A stretch of DNA of 64,000 nt from Polymyxa betae A26-41 (Eukaryota; Protista; Endomyxa: Phytomyxea), in assembly GCA_003693705.1 (NCBI GenBank), contig RBZT01000176.1, positions 1 through 64,000 on the forward strand, written 5' to 3'. Within the stretch, counting starts at the first letter, position 1, and every line of letters begins with the position of its first letter. The translations under genes were made by a program, and so were the position numbers. Positions 25,223-34,631 of the stretch are shown one piece after another. The notes under the pieces were generated by a model that saw nothing but the letters and a program-made list of their open reading frames with translations, searched no databases and was not told the origin of the DNA.

Positions 25223-26646
25223 TTAGAGTATAGATTTGCCATGCCGGCTTAATCCCGTCACATTCATGAAGCAATAAATCCTACAGAGAATACCGGTCCA
25301 ATACTTGATCATCTCTCTTGCAATAATGGTTGATTTCGTTAGAGTCATATTGACAGTAACAGAGCTTGAAGAAAGGCGATGTATTTATTATCAGGTGATA
25401 GATTGCAGAATATGTCACCATTTGGGTACATTACGAAATCCTACAGCAGGTATCTCTCTACATTTACCATGTTGTAGATCAACAACACGTATAATATTAC
25501 CAGCACCAGCAGATACAAATTCATGTGTTGTAGGATTAAAATGTGATGAATATGATCCTTCAGTCTGTCTATGAAATATATTTGCACCTAAATCTATAAT
25601 ATTTGTACGATCTGGACCATATCTATCTATCACTTGAATCTCATTAGGTTTCGTACCACCAAATCCAATACGAACTGGACCAATCTGTACGGACATGATA
25701 TCAGTATACATGGTCAGTGTAACATGAATGTAACGTATTATGGAACATAAACGAGTGTTGTGCTTACAGTTGAGAACTGTGCAGTATATACCATAGTATT
25801 AGTATGTAATTGTGTAATAGGATGTGATATAGATCTAATATCCCATATCTGTATTTGATCTTTATCAGTCCATGATCCAGTTAATATTTCATGTCCTTTC
25901 ATATCAATAGCATCACCACATATATGAGGTCCATATATTAATGCAGATGATTCTATACCAGGACTAGCACGTATATCCCACATACGTACCTATATCAACT
26001 ATTACAATCTCATACTAATACAGATATTAGAACTTACAGTATCATCCCATCCACCAGATAATATAATATTATCCTGATCTTGATGATATTTCGCTGAAAA
26101 TATTCTATTAGTATGTCCAGATAATGTACGTATAATAGAGCCAGTAGTCTCATCATATACACGAATATGACGATCTTTACCAGCAGTAACTAACATTAGG
26201 GCATCTCTACTATAATCTAATGCCATTAGCTGATTATCAGGTTCAACTAGATGCCGTATCTTAGCACCAGTTTGATAATTATATTCAGCAATATGTCCAT
26301 TAGTATATGTAGCAGCTAATACATGTTGTAATGAATCGGATGTGATCTGAGGTCGAAATCTGATAGATGTAGCAGGTGCTGATGATGTAGTAGCAGTAAT
26401 AAACTGTAGACATGATCCAGTATATGAATGATATATACCAATACATCCATCAGATGTAGATACAGCTATCTGACGTCCATCTTTAGACCATTGTACTGCT
26501 AATATATTCGATATTGATGCAGGGATACGTCGTAAATCTTCCACACTATCTATATGATTATGTCGTAATGCTTGGAAATAATCTACACCGATCCACGATT
26601 GACGGCGTACAACCCCAACATCAGCACCACCTTCCGACATCATCAT
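25223..26646 (-). CDS. WD40-repeat protein, multi-exon; apparent 1-nt frameshift near 25425
   Basis: LVTAGKDRHIRVYD, LSGHTNRIFS, ILSGGWDDTV|RMWD, ILTGSWTDKDQIQIWD. Confidence 0.8.
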
Positions 26647-26676
26647 CTCAATAGATAAGTAATGTGGTGAGAGGCG

Positions 26677-29408
26677 GTACTGGCCCCCCGATCGATATGG
26701 TACGAAATGTTGAGAGATGGTGATAGAGTAGGTGTGTTGTGATTATGAAGGGAGATTCATGTACAGGAGGAGGTCATGTTGATGATGTTGATGGGATCGT
26801 TATTAATGCAGAATCATTACACAAGTTAAAGGCATATTTTGATGATGCAGAATCTGAAGGTAAAGGTGGACTTGCTGAAGATGAGGTTGGTCCCCGTCGG
26901 CATACTGGCCCAACTCGTATGACACATAACGTGTATGATGCAGTTCGTATCGTTACTGGCCCATGTTCTAAAGAAACGTAACACTACAGCACGACAGGAA
27001 CTGACCCATCTATTTATGAAGATAGATGCTAATAGTGATGGATCTGTTGATTGGGATGAATTTACAAATTATTTATTAATGGAGAGTCAATCGAATGATG
27101 TTATTGATAATCATGTATGTACAATATATAGAGACATATATTGACATATCTCATATATATTATATATGTAGCATAATGACCTAGTACCAGCTAATATAAA
27201 TGAACCAGTTGATAATCATCAACATTATCATAAAGATATGATAGAGGATGTTCTGCATCTATCAAAATCTGATAAATACCTAACATGTAGTCGGGATGGA
27301 ACATTTAAAGTAAGTGATTTATTGCATGAAATGTTACAATAGATTCATGTTACATATCTGTAGATCTGGAACTGTAAAGATCTGTCACATTATCGAACAG
27401 TGCGATGTTCAGGTGGATGGATTATTGGATCATGTTTATTACCAAGATCACAACGTATAGCAATATGTAACTTAGACTTAACATTGAATTTCTATGATGT
27501 GAACACATTTGAACTTGTATCACGATTTAATGATGATCCACGTACACGTCATCATCACTTAACTACATCGAAATATCATCAAGGATTACGTCGTACACAA
27601 CCACGAACTCGACTCAGAAACATGCCTGTATCGATCTGTAATATCCCTACTACTGCCCCATCTGTAAACCCTAACAACCCTAGAACCCTAGAACCCTAAC
27701 CCCCTTATAATAGGACCAGTTGGCTGTTGGTGATGTGACCGGCTCTATTACCATCATACAATTTGCTGATAAATGGCATGCATGTGATGGATCTGTACCT
27801 GGTTGCAGTCACGAGACGGGCAAGTACCATGGCGTCCAGCAGACGTACTGGCCCGCCCTACATACCGATTGGATCACAGATTTGAAATTCATTCCAGAGT
27901 TCGATGCCCTGGTAACATCGTCACTGGATCATACGATACAATTTCTGGATCTAGATCGTCGATCAGCTCCAGTCCGTAAACGTTACTTGGGTCATAATCG
28001 GGGTGTAACATCATTCGATTACAGTGCTGCATATAAACTTATGATATCATGTGGATCATCACGACGTATATCTGTATGGGATCCATATAGATGTCGTGAA
28101 GTGAATTCATTATCTGGACATACTGCCCCCGTCCAACAAGTTCTAGCTAATGATGATGTGAATGAGATTATATCTGTATCAGTAGATAAGACTATTAAGA
28201 TATGGGATTGTAGAACATACAGATGTATAAAGACTATACAAGATATACATCATTATAGACCAGAAGATCGTATATCACGTATATCATATATCAAACAATA
28301 TCAATATTTATTAACTGCATCTAATCATATATCTGTATATCAATCATTAACACCAACTAATAATATCGCACCAACTTCACATGATGATGAAATATGTAAT
28401 GCTATCTATAACTCGGGATTTCAACAGGTCTGTTGCCATCATGCCGTCGTACTGGTCCTCTAATTACTGAATGTGGGTATGTTCTCAGGTTGTTAGTGGT
28501 GATCGTTCTGGTGTTATAAAAGTATGGGATTTATTAACAGGACATTTAGTGAGTCAATTTCGTCCAGGACATGGACATGGACGTATAACAGCAATGACAT
28601 TTGATGCATCAATGAGACGTCTAATAACAGGTGCTGATGATGGAACATTAATGATCTGGAATTTCAGTAGTGGTGCCTGTCTATCAACATGTATTAATAA
28701 TGACAAATTATCATCAAGACGAGAGATAACATGTATTGGATTTATTGTTGATGAACGTGTACCAGATCATTCACTACGTCTACTTATTAGTTCAGGATGG
28801 GATGGTAATCTACAGATATGGTTAGATGGAGGATCTCGTGATCTACATAGAGATGGATATATTCAATCTGGTGGTATTGGTCGTGGTCATACAGATGATG
28901 TATCATGTATGTGTATATGTACATGCTCTATTATAGCTACTGGATCATATGATGGATCTATAGGTCACATATCTCTCATATAACATCTATATACTGATTA
29001 TGTTATAGTTATATGGAATCTAGATACTAAACAGGTGAAGAAGAAGATAGATCCTATTACACCTGCATCTAGTATTGATGCATTAGTATGTATTACATCA
29101 TTATCATTAATTATTGCATGTGGTAGTAATGGATCTATACAAGCTCTCGATATGAGCACCTGGACCCGGGCCTGGGCCAGTACGGACGCCAGCCGCTCCT
29201 ATCTCTGTTGTACTGGCCATGGTGAAGAGATATCGTTTGGTCTAGCATCTGGTCAGGTCCATATCTACCATCTCTATCGAGATAGATCCGAATTCGTTCG
29301 AGCATGGCGTGCTCATGATCGAGCTCTGATCAGTATTGAGGCCGTGGGCCAGCACGAGATGCTGGTGACCGGATCCCTAGATCGTCGTGTTCTGTTGTGG
29401 ACCAGTAC
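26677..29408. promoter_or_regulatory. Dispersed array of TACTGGCCC-like motif (putative protein-binding sites)
   Basis: Exact TACTGGCCC at 26678, 26903, 26954, 27846 and, reverse, at 29174. Variants at 27651, 28121, 28450, 29211, 29346 (rev) and 29399 (rev). Confidence 0.6.
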
Positions 29409-29929
29409 GGGGGCGTTGGTTGGTCAATTCTCCTCCTCATCATCTGCTAAATCGTGGAATCTATTTGATAGATCAACATGGATATCATCATTATCAGATC
29501 TTATACAGATTAATAACACATCAACTACTCATACACATGTTAATAATCATCAACATATTACTACCAGTGATTATGATATTATAATCAAGAATAAGGTCAT
29601 ACATGATCAATCAGAAGATGAGTATTGGAAATCGTTAAAATCTGTCAGATCACGATTAAATCAGGTTCGTGATACAACAAATCGCTTGTTCTATCTCCTT
29701 CTAAGAATAGCATCAGAAACTGACCCGGGCCGGTATGGTCGTGGTTAAACCTGAGCCACGAACATCACCTGCCATAACGTCTTCATCAGCAGCAGCGACT
29801 CTAACAGCAATCCAATACCGGGTAGGCAGGGGGTTGGTAGGGTTTTAGGGTTTGTTATCTTAAACGTGATATGTTCAGATTCATAGTAGATTAGAGCTAG
29901 CTGAAGTAGAAGATGTTCCAATGTTATAG
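26745..29929 (+). CDS. EF-hand plus WD40 protein, WDR49/WDY/EFCAB8-like (cilia-associated family), multi-exon
   Basis: LFMKIDANSDGSVDWDEFTNYLLME followed by many WD40 repeats (GHTAPVQQV...ISVSVDKTIKIWD; MTFDASMRRLITGADDGTLMIWNF). Confidence 0.8.
27664..27713 (+). repeat. Intron made mostly of C-strand telomere-like repeats
   Basis: GTaaaccctaacaaccctagaaccctagaaccctaacccccttataatAG. Confidence 0.75.
29822..29878 (+). repeat. Intron with G-strand telomere-like, G-quadruplex-prone tract
   Basis: GTaggcagggggttggtagggttttagggtttg...cAG. Confidence 0.6.
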
Positions 29930-29953
29930 TGTAATATTACCTGTATTATATTA

Positions 29954-30427
29954 TTAATTAATAATCTTATACATATATTGATGTTTAATACCAATCTCAA
30001 TGAATGGTTCAGTATTAGGTATAATATTATATCCTAATTTCTTATAGAATCCAATAGCATCTTCTCTTGCATGAAGCTCTATACGAACTTCTCCATCATA
30101 TTCATTTGATAGATATTTCTCTAGAGTATGAACTAGACCTGTTCCAATTCCATTTCCAACATGATCAGCATGTACAGCCATCTGAAACAATCTGCCTGTT
30201 AATCTCTCTAAATCGCTTAACTTGAATAAACAGCATCCAATAATACGATCATGATATATAGCTGATACATGCATTGTCTGAGATGTATCTTCACCTGGGA
30301 ATATCTCTACATCTGTATCTGGACCTAAATGAGATCTAAGACGTAATCTTCGAAGATCTCGTTCTGATTGATAAAGATCACGATCAGGTAATGAATCCCC
30401 GGCCCAGACCTTGTACATAATCTTCAT
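29954..30427 (-). CDS. GNAT N-acetyltransferase (ElaA/YjcF-like), intronless
   Basis: GRLFQMAVHADHVGNGIGTGLV (acetyl-CoA motif A); LHAREDAIGFYKKLGY...FIEIGIKHQYM. Confidence 0.85.
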   Translation of the reverse strand: MKIMYKVWAGDSLPDRDLYQSERDLRRLRLRSHLGPDTDVEIFPGEDTSQTMHVSAIYHDRIIGCCLFKLSDLERLTGRLFQMAVHADHVGNGIGTGLVHTLEKYLSNEYDGEVRIELHAREDAIGFYKKLGYNIIPNTEPFIEIGIKHQYMYKIIN

Positions 30428-30689
30428 GATTGATGTTATAACAATAGACAACTATCACAATAGACCGTCTTGTATTTGTCCTGTAAATAAGCTCTCTATT
30501 ATCATTAATTAATATGAGCCATGCCCTAATACTGGCAGAGCTCAGCCCTGGCAACAGCCATGGCAAGGCTCCACTGTGAGAGCGCAACCCTGGCAACACC
30601 AGTCAGGTGACGCTCCACTGAGACACAGTCAGCACCAGGGTCGGCCCCAGTGGCAGAAGAATATATGACCAAGCCCTCTTAAAGTGCTG

Positions 30690-31955
30690 ATGTCCGAGGA
30701 GGTGGTCCTTTGGATCATTCAAGCGGCCCGTGCCAAAGCCCAAATCGACGCGGTCTGCCGCAAGAAAGAAGCTAAGGCCGGGCCAAAGTTACCGCATATG
30801 TACACCATTAGATTCAACAAGTTGAAAATGCACAATATGACTATAACCAGCATATCAGTGGATGGGACGTACATCCGTAAGGACGGTAACGTCTATAACC
30901 TTACTGAGCAATCGATACTTGACAATGATGACCTGTTGAACCAGACCAATCTGACCTTCGATAGTGAGCAGGATATAAGTGCCAGTCTCAACACTGCCAA
31001 TAGTATATTCATACGAACCGGTGCGGTTGTGTATCCGAACGGCGAGGTCTCCTTATTTCTGTACTTGCCATGCATAGTAGAATATCGCAACAATATAGGC
31101 AAAAGCCGATCTTATGGAACCGGGGATCGTACCTGGCAAACCAATTACCTTGGCACGTATGCATCAGTGGGCATAGGGGAGAATGTATTGGCGTGGCTAG
31201 CAGACAGAATCGACGACGAGATAGAAGACGCATCGATGCGTCCGCCATGGGAGGACGAGCGCACCACTAAAATACGCATGCACGACGGACACGCTTGGAT
31301 GAACTGTAAGCTAGCCGCTCAAACTTCACAATCCAACACTAAAACATTCAAGGCGTTCATACGGGTGGGTGACAATATAACCCCGTTACGCCTGTCGGAG
31401 TTCATGAACAAGGTGAAGGGAGACGTTTCGGGGTTAGGGCTATTCACCTTCCGCCTAAAACGCACCGGTAAGAAGGATCAAGCATCACCTTACACCCTCT
31501 CGATGACCCTTGTTGAGTTTAACGTATCAGCGCGGACAGATCTGTCAGGTCCACCAATAATAGAGAACGCACGTTCCACTATACCGGAACGTTATGCCTT
31601 GGACAAGTCACTGATAGGCTTTGCAGGTATGTCCATATCCTCAGGTACAGTGAGTACTAAACCGTCCAGTATAGCTCCCGCACCTGCTAACAAAGGATTC
31701 TTCAACCCCAACCAACAATTACAGAGCCAGGCTATCAAAACTATAGGACCTTCTATAGCATCCACCGGTGCGATCATCGACACTGTGAAGAGCAAGGATG
31801 TTTTATCTAACCCCTCAGAACCTCAACCATCTGGTAAATCTGGCGCAGAACTTGCATTCAACCAGGATGAACAGAAACATGCTGAAGAGGAGGATGAGGA
31901 GGAGGAGGATGAAAAGGAGGAAGATCTATTTATGCCTAATGCGAATAACAGTTAA
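30690..31955 (+). CDS. Intronless orphan protein (about 420 aa) with acidic C-terminal tail, on a compositionally foreign insert; candidate endogenous viral gene
   Basis: Long open frame with GC much higher than the flanks, a repeated and structured leader at 30540-30720, and tail EEEDEEEEDEKEED. No cellular family recognised. Confidence 0.55.
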   Translation: MSEEVVLWIIQAARAKAQIDAVCRKKEAKAGPKLPHMYTIRFNKLKMHNMTITSISVDGTYIRKDGNVYNLTEQSILDNDDLLNQTNLTFDSEQDISASLNTANSIFIRTGAVVYPNGEVSLFLYLPCIVEYRNNIGKSRSYGTGDRTWQTNYLGTYASVGIGENVLAWLADRIDDEIEDASMRPPWEDERTTKIRMHDGHAWMNCKLAAQTSQSNTKTFKAFIRVGDNITPLRLSEFMNKVKGDVSGLGLFTFRLKRTGKKDQASPYTLSMTLVEFNVSARTDLSGPPIIENARSTIPERYALDKSLIGFAGMSISSGTVSTKPSSIAPAPANKGFFNPNQQLQSQAIKTIGPSIASTGAIIDTVKSKDVLSNPSEPQPSGKSGAELAFNQDEQKHAEEEDEEEEDEKEEDLFMPNANNS

Positions 31956-32728
31956 TCGAGACTGCAGGTGGTAGGTGTTGAGCATTTTAAAAATGCAACA
32001 TATTTTCAACATGCAAGCTGTCTACATTCTACTTTTGATAGACTCAACCTGCTCTATGTTTACTAATGTAACAATCCCACCAGTGGGTCCCTCCATGTCT
32101 TGTGTGCATCTGGTGTATATCCTGTTAGTGTTCGCATCCCGTCTGAGTGCGCCACTGCGGCACAGTCGGTTCCGTCAAAAACGGTGAAGAACCCTTCTAA
32201 AACACCGGCTAACAAGACCAAGGCCGCTCCGCCCAAGCCTAAGGTACAATCCCCTATTAATATCATTGGGAAAATCCACATCATCTCTTGACACAAATAT
32301 CATCCAACTACTGCTGTATAATTTAATCCAATACATTATCTTATTGTAGAACAACCATCGAATTCACATCATGTTAATTGCCTCCCAGGTGTTCAATTAT
32401 CTCACCATTATCTATCATGATTTGATACAGAGATGCTATCTTACAATCTGATAAAGACAAATTGCCAAAAAATTGTTTTCTTATAATCAATGCAAGCTAT
32501 AAACAACCTCTCTAAAGCTGTACTTGATTTGAAACTTTTGTGAAAAAGTTTCGGATATCTCATTGATGACGAACCAAGTTGATAAATCGATAACGAAAAT
32601 GTTGAACATAATGACATAAGCCTGTATTAACTCGTATATTGAAGTTATATTGTTTATTGATTGAAATGAGCGGACTGAATGCAATTAAGGTGATTATCGC
32701 AATTAGATATTAAATCATAGTCGTTATC

Positions 32729-33963
32729 ATGCTGATTGTACGACAATCATGCCGGGCACGACTTTATTCCACATCTCAGCTACGTTCAATCGTATCTGAT
32801 TTCCCACCTGTTGATTTCGCTATGGCCTATGGATCTGGTGTTATGCATCATGGTCATTCTGATGCCATGGTTGATCTCATATTTGGTGTTCGTGATCCTA
32901 TTAGTTGGCATCGTGATAATATTCAACGAGGTCATGAACATCATTATTCTCTACCAGCTAGAATATTGGGTCCTGATCGTATAGCTGCCTTTCAGAAGAC
33001 AGCCGCTGGATTACATTTCAATCCGCTGATTCAATGGGATAAGAATACGGTCAGAATCTGTTTTGCTCTCTTCATCATTAATCGTTTATTATGCTGTTCA
33101 GGTGGTGAAATATGGCGTTATTGCAATTGATGATTTGTGCAGTGATTTACAGAACTGGACGACATTATATGTGAGCGGACGCCTTCATAAACCGGTATTA
33201 TTGTGCTGATTTATTCTGTAATGATAACAATTAATGCAGTATAGGCCACTATCTTACAAGCATCAGTTCAGGTACGAGAGCTAATGCGATTAAATTGGCG
33301 TCAGGCTCTCAATACCGCTTTGCTTCTACTCCCATCCCGATTCACTGATCGTGATCTGTTTCATACTATCGCCGGCTTATCGTATGCTGGCGATATTCGC
33401 ATGAAACTTGGTTTGTGTTTTATCGTATTGTATCGATTACGCGTTCTGATTATTTATAATTTAGGATTTGGAGAGAATCCTCGAAAAGTCTCGACTATTG
33501 TCCAGGCGAATTTCGCTGACTTTAAACGGTTATATGCAAGCTTTATAGCAGAAGCTCAGCAGTCTGGATATTTCCATCATGATTCATCCACAACGTACCT
33601 TGATTGTTCTCCTTCAGTTTCGCTTATTATAACTGCCATTATAGAACGGAAGAGAGAGGCGCCGAATTCGTTTCCAATCTGAACCGTGACAAAGCCAGGG
33701 CGATTCTGTCACAATTACCAGAACGAGTTCGACAGCTGTGTTTTGCAGAATTGCATCCCTCTTGTCCAACGATGCAATCAGCTGAGGCGAATGCTTGGTC
33801 TAGGACGAATCTATCAGATGCTCGTCGTGCCCTGCGTCATGCTATCGGTCGTATTGGATTAGAAGCCACGATCTGGCAGAGCTTGAAAGGGCTCTATACT
33901 GCTGGAGTTTCCAAATCCATCGCATATGCATATAGAAAATCATTAAAATCAATGCAAAGATAA
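32729..33963 (+). CDS. TAM41: Mitochondrial phosphatidate cytidylyltransferase Tam41, multi-exon
   Basis: FAMAYGSGV...[58 protein letters not shown]. Confidence 0.92.
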
Positions 33964-34011
33964 TGGACACTGTGAATGCTTTAGAATTAGTGAGAGTCGG
34001 CCGATATTGCA

Positions 34012-34578
34012 ATGGACATCAAATTGTCAATGACCGATCCCTTGTCCCATCTTGATTATGTTGAAGCTTATACCCAAGGAACCCCCAATTATTGCATCTT
34101 TCTTCATGATCATGAACCATCATCTCCACCACATCTCCTCAATCAGGACACAGAACCAATACGTCGCTACAAGAGACGATTGGCTGAAAAGGTTGCCACT
34201 CGTGGGCTGATGCCTAATCGGGCTTGCGACAATCTCGTTGCTATTGCCCTGAATTCGGCAGCTACAGCATATTCTCGGGTGCATTTCGGTGCAGAGTATT
34301 TGTGCAATCCCGAATATACTTGTCGTGCGCCAGTACATCCTCGATACAAAACTCGGGTCGCCTGTGGTAATTGTGCCAGAAACAAGCTCGGCTGTGATTC
34401 TATTCGTCCATGCGGGCGATGCGTTCAGTCTGGCAAAGCAGATTCCTGTGAAGATCGGACACAGAGCAAGAAAAGAAAGATCAGTGAATCACCAGATCAG
34501 GAAACCAATGGCAAAAAAGGCAAAATTGTAGAAGATATCACAGCAATATTTGCAGACACGACATGTTATGGAAACTGA
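34012..34578 (+). CDS. Zn(II)2Cys6 binuclear-cluster transcription factor
   Basis: ACGNCARNKLGCDSIRPCGRCVQSGKADSC, followed by a basic NLS-like stretch. Confidence 0.8.
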   Translation: MDIKLSMTDPLSHLDYVEAYTQGTPNYCIFLHDHEPSSPPHLLNQDTEPIRRYKRRLAEKVATRGLMPNRACDNLVAIALNSAATAYSRVHFGAEYLCNPEYTCRAPVHPRYKTRVACGNCARNKLGCDSIRPCGRCVQSGKADSCEDRTQSKKRKISESPDQETNGKKGKIVEDITAIFADTTCYGN

Positions 34579-34631
34579 CCATATATTATGCTCTAATAGT
34601 CTATTTACTGCAGCATTTCTTGATAAAATTG

